Assembly: GCA_050250895.1 (NCBI GenBank) | Contig: JBFWNU010000001.1 | Coordinates: 96,001 to 160,000 of the forward strand | Direction of reading: 5' to 3' | DNA: 64,000 bases | From: Vulcanimicrobiota bacterium | GTDB lineage: Bacteria; Vulcanimicrobiota; Xenobia; Xenobiales; JADMJV01 | Shown: positions 18,703 through 27,045 of the stretch, piece by piece | Layout: each line of letters starts with the position of its first letter | How positions within the stretch are numbered: the first letter of the stretch is position 1 | The notes under the pieces: model-generated | What the model was told of the DNA's origin: nothing | What the model saw: the letters and a program-made list of their open reading frames with translations, nothing else | Databases searched by the model: none | Made by a program: the position numbers and the translations under genes

Positions 18703-18818
18703 CCCCTTGCCAGTTTGTGAACTTCGTTCCACAGCTCTGTGGGTAACCCGGTGGACAAACAGGCAAAAGCCCGAAGGCACGCCGCATGAAAGCAAAAAAC
18801 CTCCATAAAATCAGGGTC

Positions 18819-18847
18819 TTGACATCATAGCCGAGGTGCGGTATCTT
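18819..18847 (+). promoter_or_regulatory. Sigma70-type promoter driving the candidate large ncRNA
   Basis: TTGACA (18819-18824), 17 nt, TATCTT (18842-18847), with an A-rich UP-like tract at ~18788-18810. Confidence 0.8.
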
Positions 18848-18853
18848 GCATTC

Positions 18854-20007
18854 ACTCCAGTCACGGAGTCGCCCCGCCAAGCGAGAGAGGCGGAGGGGTC
18901 TGGCACCCCCGACGGGTATCGGTCGAAGGGTCAGAGGTTAGACGCAAACCTTCGTGGTCACCGTCCTAGACGGAGCACCATCAAGCGTCTCCAGCGTCTC
19001 GACTGGAAAAATCGAGACAGGGCTCGACAGCCAGGTCTGGAACCCGCGAGGGGAAAGGGCGCCCGGGGCAACTCGGGAGATCCGCCAGATGAAGGTGAGC
19101 GAGGAGTTCGGTTGGTGACCGAACAGCGGAACACTCAAACGCCGCGCCACTCCACGGTGGCCAAAGAGAGTGGGGAGCACCTTCCCTGAGGTGTCCGGCC
19201 CACGCGGGATGTGGGAAGTGCCCTGACAAGCACAGAGCGGAGCTGCGACGGTTCTCTCGAGAACTCAAGCCGTGACGGTCGGCAGACCGTTGAAAAAGAG
19301 CGCAGGGGTGCATCTCTCCAGAAAGATGCTGAAGTCATCCATCAAATGGGGTGACAGGGCCCGCAGCCCAGGTTGGAACCGCGAGGATCAAGACTACTGC
19401 GAGGAACACTCGGAGTAGAGCCGACCCAGGGTAGAAGCGGGGTGCTCGAGAGCAGGACGGTGCTCGAGCAGCGGAGCGAAGGCTGCCGCACGAGGGTGAG
19501 AATCCTCGTCAAAGACTTCGGGGTTGCGAACAGACCTCAGACTCGCCCAGAGCCGCACTGGTAGAAAACGGGAGACGAGGCATCGTCTGAAACCCACGGC
19601 GGTGGAGCCGATGGGGGGTAACTCGGACCAGACGCAAAGGCGTCAAACGCGGGGGCGGAACTGCTAGGAACCGCGACGCGAGAGCGTGAAAAATGGAGCA
19701 GGGGTAGCATGCAGACCAGAGATATGCGCAGCGCTTCGTCTGAAGGCATTCGAAGCGAGGCCCGGCGCCTTAAACGGACCCGCGAGGGATAAAATCTTGG
19801 AGACAAGATGCCGGCTTAGGCGGACTCCCGGGAGCCTGGTGCAGGTGGGAAGGCGGCCAGGCAACGGTAGCATCCGATCTACCGTGACGTGCCAGCGTCC
19901 AAGGCGGATGATAGAGTATCGCCTCGATAAAAGCGAAATGCGTCTGTCGGACTGGTGAAGATGGCAGACCACAAAGACGCGTGCCGAGGAACGCGTCTTT
20001 TTTTTTT
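18854..20007 (+). ncRNA. Candidate very large (~1.15 kb) highly structured non-coding RNA, class unassigned
   Basis: Own promoter and terminator; no credible ORF; more than 20 short helices with multiple GNRA tetraloops and G-U pairs on the + strand; A-rich linkers. Confidence 0.75.
19973..20007 (+). terminator. Intrinsic terminator (may be bidirectional)
   Basis: AAAGACGCGT-GCCGAGGA-ACGCGTCTTT with a T-run to 20007. Confidence 0.92.
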
Positions 20008-20027
20008 GCCCGGCGACCGAAGTGAAC

Positions 20028-20210
20028 TTACTGCCTTTCGCGACTCTCTTCAAGAGCCTGGCGGCTGTAACACGCCATCGCCTCGTCGAGGGTGGCGTGC
20101 CTTTCACACCACCAAACCTCCCGCGGATGCTGATGGGAGAACGTGCCCCCACAATCCTCGTAGATGAATTTGCCGTTGGGTAACTCCTTGACCGGGATCG
20201 ACTGGTGCAT
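20028..20210 (-). CDS. Small hypothetical protein (60 aa, Cys/His-containing)
   Basis: AAAGGCGGAG RBS before the ATG; ends next to the terminator. Confidence 0.5.
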   Translation of the reverse strand: MHQSIPVKELPNGKFIYEDCGGTFSHQHPREVWWCERHATLDEAMACYSRQALEESRERQ

Positions 20211-20411
20211 TGGCTCCGCCTTTCACCGAGAACGCGTCCCTGACCGGTGAGACCTGACCGCGTCCTCATCACTCCCTACCGCCCTTTGCGCTGGGAACGA
20301 CTAACTCTTAACATTCGACGACGGCCCGAATCGGCCTTCGCTCGGGGAAGCTATTTGATCGAAGCGGGGCCGCTCGGGTTTGAGACCCGAGGCCTGGCTG
20401 TATAAGAAACT

Positions 20412-20786
20412 ATGGTTGAAGCGTTCGGCCCTCAAGGCATAGGTTATCCCAACGAAGAGGTGGAAATCACCCGCTTGATCCGGGACCGACTTGGACGCGA
20501 AAAGTGTCTCGAGCCCAGTGAGCGCGAGACCGTCGCCTACCGTATCGCCGAGATCATGGTCGCCGCCAAGCGGATGTACTCGACCTCGCTTCCCCGTTTA
20601 ACCAACGCCAACGGAGAATCCAGCGCCACCATGGAAGAGGACCTCAGCGGCATGTCGATGACCTTCTTGCACCTGTGTGACCTCCTACAAGACTTTCGAA
20701 GCGCCTTTGCCCTCGCCCACGACCAGGAACCGGCCCCAGCCTACGATTCTGATGGCGAAGATGAAGACGAGTCTTGGGAGCCTTAA
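20412..20786 (+). CDS. Hypothetical protein with acidic C-terminus
   Basis: ATG start, host codon usage, upstream of trxA. Confidence 0.7.
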   Translation: MVEAFGPQGIGYPNEEVEITRLIRDRLGREKCLEPSERETVAYRIAEIMVAAKRMYSTSLPRLTNANGESSATMEEDLSGMSMTFLHLCDLLQDFRSAFALAHDQEPAPAYDSDGEDEDESWEP

Positions 20787-20837
20787 AGCGGTCGATTGTT
20801 CGAAAGGTGGTCGACCGAGCGAAGCGAACGGCCCGGT

Positions 20838-21152
20838 ATGAAGCAAGTAACAAAAGATGACTTCGAAGCTGAGGTCATCCACTCCAACACCACGGTATTC
20901 GTGGAATTCGGAGCCGACTGGTGCGCTCCTTGCAAGCGCCTGGAGCCCCTGCTCGACAAGCTGGCCACCGACAACGCCGGCCGCCTGAAGGTGGTCAAGG
21001 TCAACGCCGAAGACGACCAGCCCCTGGCCGTGAAATACCAGGTCCGGGGTCTTCCCACCATCGTAGTCTTCAAGAACGGCGAACCGGTCGACCGCAAGAA
21101 CGGCTTCCAGTCCGAGGCCAACCTCAAGAAGCTTCTCGACGACCACGCCTAA
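20838..21152 (+). CDS. trxA: Thioredoxin
   Basis: WCAPC active site, GLPT cis-Pro motif. Confidence 0.93.
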   Translation: MKQVTKDDFEAEVIHSNTTVFVEFGADWCAPCKRLEPLLDKLATDNAGRLKVVKVNAEDDQPLAVKYQVRGLPTIVVFKNGEPVDRKNGFQSEANLKKLLDDHA

Positions 21153-21192
21153 CTAGAGAACGTCACCCGGGTGGCCTTCTCGGGGAGAATTG

Positions 21193-22242
21193 CTAGTCTT
21201 CGCAGACGGCCCGATTCTTGCCGGAGCGCTTGGCCTGATAGAGGGCTCGGTCGGCTCGCTCGAGGAGGCTGGCCATGGTGTCCTCTTCACGGCTGAGGGC
21301 GACCCCCATGCTAACCGTGACTTGTAGCCGAGTAACCCGACCGGCCACGGTGAGCAAGAGGTCGATGCTGGCGATCGAGCGGACCACCTGTTTGGCCCGG
21401 CGAAAAGCCTGGCTCAGGTTGACGTTTTCGAGAATGATGACGAACTCTTCGCCGCCGTAGCGAGCGATGAGATCGCTGGTCCGAGTCATTTTGTAGCTCT
21501 GCTTCACCAGCGCCTTCAAGACGCTGTCGCCGGCCGGATGCCCATAGGTGTCGTTGATCTGTTTGAAGTTGTCGATATCCCAGATCAAGATGGCAAACGG
21601 CGATCCGCCCAACACGTGGCGCTCGAGTCGCTCGCGCACCCGAGTTTCGAGAGCCTGCCGGTTGGCGCACCCGGTCAGAGGGTCGGTCAAGCTGGCGTCC
21701 ACGGCCCGTGAGAGATCGCAGTTGAGGCGCCGGATCTCCTGGTTCATTTCCCGCAGCATCTTCTCTTCGCGCTGTTGCCGCTCTTCTAGTTCCTGGCGGA
21801 TCACGGTGGCCTGTTGGCTAAGAATTTCGCGCATCTTGCGCAGGTCATCGAGGCGGGCGGCTTCATCGAGATAATGGACGCTGCGCTCCATTCGGTGATG
21901 GAAGTCTTTGTTCTCGCCGGTCAGACCGCTCAGGTTCTCGGCCATCACGCTGACGATGCTGCGGAACTCCTCTTCCCGCTCGCGGATGTAGGTCTTTTCG
22001 CGTTTGCTCTGGTCGAGGGCCGCATTGCGGCAAGTCTCGAGGGCTTGCCCCCACTGGCGGGGTTGGTCGAGGGCCAATGTGCTCAGGAGTTCGTCGATGG
22101 AGGCCAGGAAGGAATGGTTGTCCACCTCCTCGAGATCGAGGCTGAATCTCTTGAGACAATAGAGGGCCACCCGAAGGGAGTCCAGATAGAACTTGCGGTC
22201 GCACGGTTCCGCAACTGTTAAGGTTCGCCTCAGGTTGAGCAT
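21193..22242 (-). CDS. Diguanylate cyclase (coiled coil plus GGDEF domain)
   Basis: DPLTG..NR, DIDNFK.INDTYGH..GD, RYGGEEF. Confidence 0.95.
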   Translation of the reverse strand: MLNLRRTLTVAEPCDRKFYLDSLRVALYCLKRFSLDLEEVDNHSFLASIDELLSTLALDQPRQWGQALETCRNAALDQSKREKTYIREREEEFRSIVSVMAENLSGLTGENKDFHHRMERSVHYLDEAARLDDLRKMREILSQQATVIRQELEERQQREEKMLREMNQEIRRLNCDLSRAVDASLTDPLTGCANRQALETRVRERLERHVLGGSPFAILIWDIDNFKQINDTYGHPAGDSVLKALVKQSYKMTRTSDLIARYGGEEFVIILENVNLSQAFRRAKQVVRSIASIDLLLTVAGRVTRLQVTVSMGVALSREEDTMASLLERADRALYQAKRSGKNRAVCED

Positions 22243-22253
22243 CGTCTATCCTT

Positions 22254-25200
22254 TCATGCACTCAGCCGGGCCCCGCGCAGAGCGCGCGAGACAACATCGG
22301 CAATCTGGTTGAACTCGTAGGGCTTGTTAATGACGCCCAGCAAGCCTTCGTCAAGAATCTCCTGGACCGTCTGATTGAGACTATAGCCAGTCGAGAGGAT
22401 GGCCTGGACTTCGGGGTTGACTCGCTTGAGGGCACGGAAGCAATCTCGCCCGTCCAGGTTTGGCATGATCATATCGAGGATCACCAGGTCGATGTCCCGG
22501 TAGTGTTCTTTATAATAGTCCAGTCCCTCGAGTCCGTCGGATTTGGTGACGACCTCATAGCCGAGTCTTCGCAGCATCTTGTTGGCCATGTTACGAATAA
22601 TCTCTTCATCATCGACCACCAGGATGCGGCCGCGACCGGGGACGGGGGCGGCTTTGGGAGTGGGCACCGGCACGCTGCGGACACCCTCGTAGACCGGGAA
22701 GAACAGTTTGAAAGTGGTGCCGTGTCCGACCCGGCTCTCGACTTCGATGTGTCCCTCGTGGTTCTGGACGATGCCGTAGACCATGGCCAGACCTAGACCG
22801 CTGCCATTCTCTTTGGTCGTGAAGAACGGCTCGAAAATGCGCTTGAGATTCTCGCGAGGAATGCCCTGACCTTCGTCGATCACCTCGACCAGCAGGATGG
22901 GCCCCGAGGCCGACGGTTTGGGGTCGGTCATCGAGTCCACATTCGAGGTCCTGAGGCTGAGTCGCCCACCCTGGTCGGCCATGGCGTGACCGGCATTGAT
23001 GGCGAGATTGAGCAGCACCTGACTCATCTGGCTGGCATCGCCTCGCACCCAGGCCTTTTCGGCGTGCAGCAGACCCTCGGCCAGGATTCTCTTGTCCGTG
23101 GTGCGGCTGAGCAGCGTCAGTACCTCGGCGATGGTCTCATGCATCGAGAAGGCTTCGTGCTTGTTCTTGCCGCGACGAGCAAAGCCTAGCAGTTTCTGGG
23201 TCAAGTCGGCGGCCCGTTGGGCGGCCTTGTGGATCACGTCGGCCGCCTGATAGGTTTCCTCCCAATCTTCATGGGAGCATTTCAGCAGACTCGAGTAACC
23301 CAGGATGCCGCTCAAGAGGTTGTTAAAATCGTGGGCTACTCCGCCGGCCAGCGTGCCGATGGCTTCCATCCGTTGAGCCCGATGGAGGCGCTCTTGCATG
23401 GCCACTTCCTGGGTCACGTCCTTCTCCACCCAGACCATTTCTCGGACCCTACCCTCGGGGTCTCGGATGGGAGACACGGTGAGTTCGACCTCGAGCTTGT
23501 CGCCCTCGGGGCCGTGCCGACGGCGTCGACCGGACCAGACCATCTGGCGGTCGATGGCCGCGCGAATCTCGGGATCGTCGGCCAACTGGTGGCGACCCGA
23601 ACCGGCAATAGCCTGAAAGGCCGAGTTCGAGTATTGCACCAGGCCATCCAGGTCGGTAATGGCGATCGCTTCGGCACACTGCTCGATGGCCGCCACCAGG
23701 CGCCCGCGCTCATTCTCGATGGTCTTGTGTTGGGTCAGGTCACGGAGGGTTCCGCGCGAGCCGAGCAGATTGCCCATCTCGTCATAAACGGGCCGACTGA
23801 CGTAGTCCACCCAGCGGGTGGTCCCGTTGCGGTCCACGATACGAAACTCGCACTCGACCTCCTCGGAAGGCACACAGTCATCAGGGTCGGGCACCAGATG
23901 CCGGTCCTGAGGATGAGCGATGCGGAACAGAAAGTTCGTGTCCATCTCGAACTCGAAAGGCTCATAGCCCGAGATCCGCTTGCAGGCCGGCGAGGAGTAG
24001 AGAAAGTGGCCCTGAGGGCTGCGCCAGAACTCCCAGTCGTAGGTGTTCTCGGCGATAATGCGGCACTTGGTCTCGGAGATGCGCACGGCCTCGCGGGCGG
24101 CCATCCGGTCGGTGACGTCCTTGACCACGGCCAGAGTAGCTCGCTCGCCTCTGAACTTCATCGGGCGCTGGTGCACTTCCACCTTGAAGGTGAGGCCATC
24201 CTCGCTCGAACAGGTGGCCTGGTAAGAACAAGAGTCGCCATCGACCCAGGCAGACCCAAAGGAACGAGCCAGGTGTTCGGCAGCCAAAAGGTCCCAGATC
24301 TTGCGGCCCACCAGGGCGCAAGCCGGGGCTCCCAGGCGCATCGAGCAGTTCTCGTTGACGCTGAGCACCTGACCCTGCCGGTCGAACACCAGCACCATGT
24401 CGGGGATTCCCTCATACAGGAACTGGAAGGTCTCTTGAGAGGCCCGTAATTCGTCGTCCTTTTGCTCGAGCAGGTCGTGGATGCGCATGAGAGCTCGGGC
24501 CCGACCGACCTTGTCGGCCAGGTTGACCACATAGTCCGGTTCGACCGGGGCCCGCACGCAGGCATCGGCGCCTTCGCGAATCCAATCCACTTGAGACGAG
24601 GAGGTACCGGGTTCGAGCACGACGATGGAGACGCAGGCCGAGGTCTGGTCCCAGGTGCGATGGAGAATCTGGCGCGTCCAGCCCTGAGCGTGACCCTCGG
24701 CCAGAATGGCCACCTCGGGTCGCAAACTCTCTAGCCGACCCACGGCCTCCTCGACCGAGTCAGCGATGGTGACATTGTACCCACACCGCCGAAAGCTCGA
24801 TGCCAGTCCCGCCAATCCGGTGGTCCGAGAAGGGACCAGCAGGGCCCGCGGCCGGATACGCGGGAGAGCCCCTTTGAGCAGCTCGCGCACGCAATCGAGC
24901 AACTCGGCGGCGGTAAAAGGAGCAGCCAAAAAGGCGTTAGCACCGAGGCCCGCGGCGATGTTCTGAGCGTCCTCGCCACAGAAGATGGCCGACATGGCCA
25001 GCACGGGGACGTCGTTGTAGACTTCGAATTCCGGAGAACGAAGCAGCCGACAAAGCTTCCAGCCGTCGATCTCGGGCATGTGCAGGTCGGTGACGACGAG
25101 CCGAACCGAAATTCCGCGCTCGAGGTTGGCCACCGCCTCCACCCCGCTCGCGCAAGCCTCGACTTCATAGCCCTGATTTTGCAGGATCCGGGCCGTTTTG

Positions 25201-25265
25201 CGCAGCTGGGTCAGATTGTCGTTGACGACCAGAATCAGGCCTTTGTCCTCCCCGAGATCGTTCAC
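22254..25265 (-). CDS. Hybrid sensor histidine kinase (REC-REC-like-PAS x3-HisKA-HATPase-REC)
   Basis: AHDFNNLL, NLAINA, G.GI, FEPFFTTK, GSGLGL; receiver domains at both ends; GTG start overlaps the Hpt gene stop. Confidence 0.93.
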   Translation of the reverse strand: MNDLGEDKGLILVVNDNLTQLRKTARILQNQGYEVEACASGVEAVANLERGISVRLVVTDLHMPEIDGWKLCRLLRSPEFEVYNDVPVLAMSAIFCGEDAQNIAAGLGANAFLAAPFTAAELLDCVRELLKGALPRIRPRALLVPSRTTGLAGLASSFRRCGYNVTIADSVEEAVGRLESLRPEVAILAEGHAQGWTRQILHRTWDQTSACVSIVVLEPGTSSSQVDWIREGADACVRAPVEPDYVVNLADKVGRARALMRIHDLLEQKDDELRASQETFQFLYEGIPDMVLVFDRQGQVLSVNENCSMRLGAPACALVGRKIWDLLAAEHLARSFGSAWVDGDSCSYQATCSSEDGLTFKVEVHQRPMKFRGERATLAVVKDVTDRMAAREAVRISETKCRIIAENTYDWEFWRSPQGHFLYSSPACKRISGYEPFEFEMDTNFLFRIAHPQDRHLVPDPDDCVPSEEVECEFRIVDRNGTTRWVDYVSRPVYDEMGNLLGSRGTLRDLTQHKTIENERGRLVAAIEQCAEAIAITDLDGLVQYSNSAFQAIAGSGRHQLADDPEIRAAIDRQMVWSGRRRRHGPEGDKLEVELTVSPIRDPEGRVREMVWVEKDVTQEVAMQERLHRAQRMEAIGTLAGGVAHDFNNLLSGILGYSSLLKCSHEDWEETYQAADVIHKAAQRAADLTQKLLGFARRGKNKHEAFSMHETIAEVLTLLSRTTDKRILAEGLLHAEKAWVRGDASQMSQVLLNLAINAGHAMADQGGRLSLRTSNVDSMTDPKPSASGPILLVEVIDEGQGIPRENLKRIFEPFFTTKENGSGLGLAMVYGIVQNHEGHIEVESRVGHGTTFKLFFPVYEGVRSVPVPTPKAAPVPGRGRILVVDDEEIIRNMANKMLRRLGYEVVTKSDGLEGLDYYKEHYRDIDLVILDMIMPNLDGRDCFRALKRVNPEVQAILSTGYSLNQTVQEILDEGLLGVINKPYEFNQIADVVSRALRGARLSA

Positions 25266-25612
25266 GCTGCCACACTTCCTCGATAGCGGCGCAGCTCGTC
25301 CAACAGCGAGTAGGTCTCGTAGCGTAGTCGGGGCATGATGTCCAGGGCCCGGTCGATGGCCCCGCGGCGAGCCAGTTGCTCGACCTCGTGGGCCAGACGC
25401 ACCACATCCGGGGCACAAAAGATGGCCAGCGAGCCTTTGAGCGAGTGTGCCTCAAGCCGAGAACGCGCGCTGTCCCGACTGTTGAGGGCTCGCTCGACCT
25501 CTACCAATTGCTCCGGTGCGTTCTCGAGGAAGCAGTCGATAAGATCATAGAAGAGAGCACGATCCTGGTCGAGCGAATCCAGTATCTCCTGCTCAGGTAT
25601 CCTGTATGCCAT
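25262..25612 (-). CDS. Hpt phosphotransfer protein
   Basis: AHSLKGS motif; AAAGGAG RBS. Confidence 0.9.
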   Translation of the reverse strand: MAYRIPEQEILDSLDQDRALFYDLIDCFLENAPEQLVEVERALNSRDSARSRLEAHSLKGSLAIFCAPDVVRLAHEVEQLARRGAIDRALDIMPRLRYETYSLLDELRRYRGSVAA

Positions 25613-25650
25613 GGTGTCTCCTTTGAATATATGTCACTCTGCCTTTGCCA

Positions 25651-25677
25651 ATATCGGCCAGCCAGACGGGCGTTTAA
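25651..25677 (-). promoter_or_regulatory. Possible sigma28 (FliA)-type promoter for the Hpt-kinase-DGC operon
   Basis: TTAAA-N14-GCCGATAT on the minus strand; spacer is one short of TAAA-N15-GCCGATAA. Confidence 0.4.
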
Positions 25678-25717
25678 TACCCCTTTAGAAAAGTAGGGAT
25701 CGCCCGATACTCACCGC

Positions 25718-27043
25718 GTGAATATCGCCATGAAGCATGAACCGGCCCGGCGCGCACGCCAACTGGCTGCCGAGCTGAACAATCTGGAATTCTTGGAAGC
25801 GAGCGGACGCGTCTGCCGGGTCACCGGAATGCTGATCGAATCCCAGGGCCCTCCTGCCGGCCTGGGCGCTCTCTGTCGGATCGACACCGGTCCCGGTCAG
25901 TCGCTGCCGGCCGAGGTCGTCGGTTTTACCGAAACTCGGGTGCTCTTGATGCCCATCGAATCTATGGGCAACATCCGTCCGGGCAGTCCGGTCACGGTCG
26001 TCTCGGAGGGCTTTCGGTTCGGCTACACGCCGGATCTGCGCGGCCGGGTTCTGGACGGGTTGGGACGACCCATCGACGGCCGGCCCCTGCCGGTCCATAC
26101 TCGCAAGGTTCCTCTCGACCGCAATCCGCCCTCGCCCCTGGAACGTCCCCCGGTCGACCAGCCGCTGACCACCGGTGTGCGGGCCATCGACGGCCTGTTG
26201 ACCCTGGGTCGCGGCCAGAGGGTCGGGCTGTTCGCCGGGAGCGGCGTGGGCAAAAGTACCTTGATGGGCATGCTGGCTCGAGGCAGCGAGGCGGACATCA
26301 ACGTCATCGCTCTTATCGGAGAACGCGGTCGCGAAGTCGGCGAGTTCGTGCATCAACACCTCGGTCCCGAGGGATTGGCCCGCTCGGTGGTGGTGGCCGC
26401 TACCTCGGATCGCTCGCCGCTGGAGCGCATCAAAGGAGCCATGCTGGCTACCGCCATCGCCGAGGCCTATCGCGACGACGGGCTCAACGTGTGCTTGATG
26501 ATGGACTCGGTCACCCGCGTGGCCATGGCTCAGCGAGAAGTCGGCCTCACCGTGGGCGAGCCTCCCACCTCGCGCGGTTACACCCCTTCGGTCTTCGCCG
26601 TCCTGCCCCGCCTGCTCGAACGGGCCGGCAACAACACCCAGGGCTCGATCACCGGAATCTATACCGTGCTGGTCGAGGGCGACGATATGAACGAGCCGGT
26701 GGCCGACACGGTGCGCGGAATCCTCGACGGCCACATCATTCTATCGCGAAGACTGGCCCACCAGAATCACTACCCGGCCATCGACATCCTCGGCAGTGTG
26801 AGCCGGGTAATGAATCAGATGGTCGTACCCGAGCACCGTCAGGCGGCCGGCCAGCTGCGGGTGCTTCTGGCGGATCTGGCCGAGGCCCGCGAGCTGTTGG
26901 CTCTGGGGGGTTATGAACGGGGCAACTCGGTCGAATTCGATCGTGCGCTGGCGGCCGAGCCGGCGCTCAACGACTTCTTGCGTCAAGACGACCCTAACCC
27001 CACAGCCTTTCCCCAGCTCGTGGCCAGGATGAGTGAGGTATAA
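25718..27043 (+). CDS. fliI: Flagellar export ATPase FliI
   Basis: GQRVGLFAGSGVGKS, LIGERGREV, DSVTR, GYTPSVF, LLERAG. Confidence 0.95.
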   Translation: MNIAMKHEPARRARQLAAELNNLEFLEASGRVCRVTGMLIESQGPPAGLGALCRIDTGPGQSLPAEVVGFTETRVLLMPIESMGNIRPGSPVTVVSEGFRFGYTPDLRGRVLDGLGRPIDGRPLPVHTRKVPLDRNPPSPLERPPVDQPLTTGVRAIDGLLTLGRGQRVGLFAGSGVGKSTLMGMLARGSEADINVIALIGERGREVGEFVHQHLGPEGLARSVVVAATSDRSPLERIKGAMLATAIAEAYRDDGLNVCLMMDSVTRVAMAQREVGLTVGEPPTSRGYTPSVFAVLPRLLERAGNNTQGSITGIYTVLVEGDDMNEPVADTVRGILDGHIILSRRLAHQNHYPAIDILGSVSRVMNQMVVPEHRQAAGQLRVLLADLAEARELLALGGYERGNSVEFDRALAAEPALNDFLRQDDPNPTAFPQLVARMSEV

Positions 27044-27045
27044 CG

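Noticed and set aside
17938-18720. 260-aa ORF with three 68-aa repeats
   Set aside because: It is a translation of the 204-bp palindromic repeat; Arg/Ser/Pro-rich with no RBS or domain.
18836-20007. Group II intron, RNase P RNA, tmRNA or rRNA as the identity of the large RNA
   Set aside because: GTGCG at 18836 lies inside the promoter spacer and I see no domain V. GACAAGATGCCGGCTTA (~19802-18) loosely recalls the RNase P 3' motif, but GAGGAAAGTCC is absent and the size is far too large. There are no tRNA-like tmRNA ends and no universal rRNA motifs. A covariance-model search is still needed.
18836-20272. Short ORFs on both strands within the ncRNA region
   Set aside because: Mutually overlapping, atypical composition, no recognisable domains.
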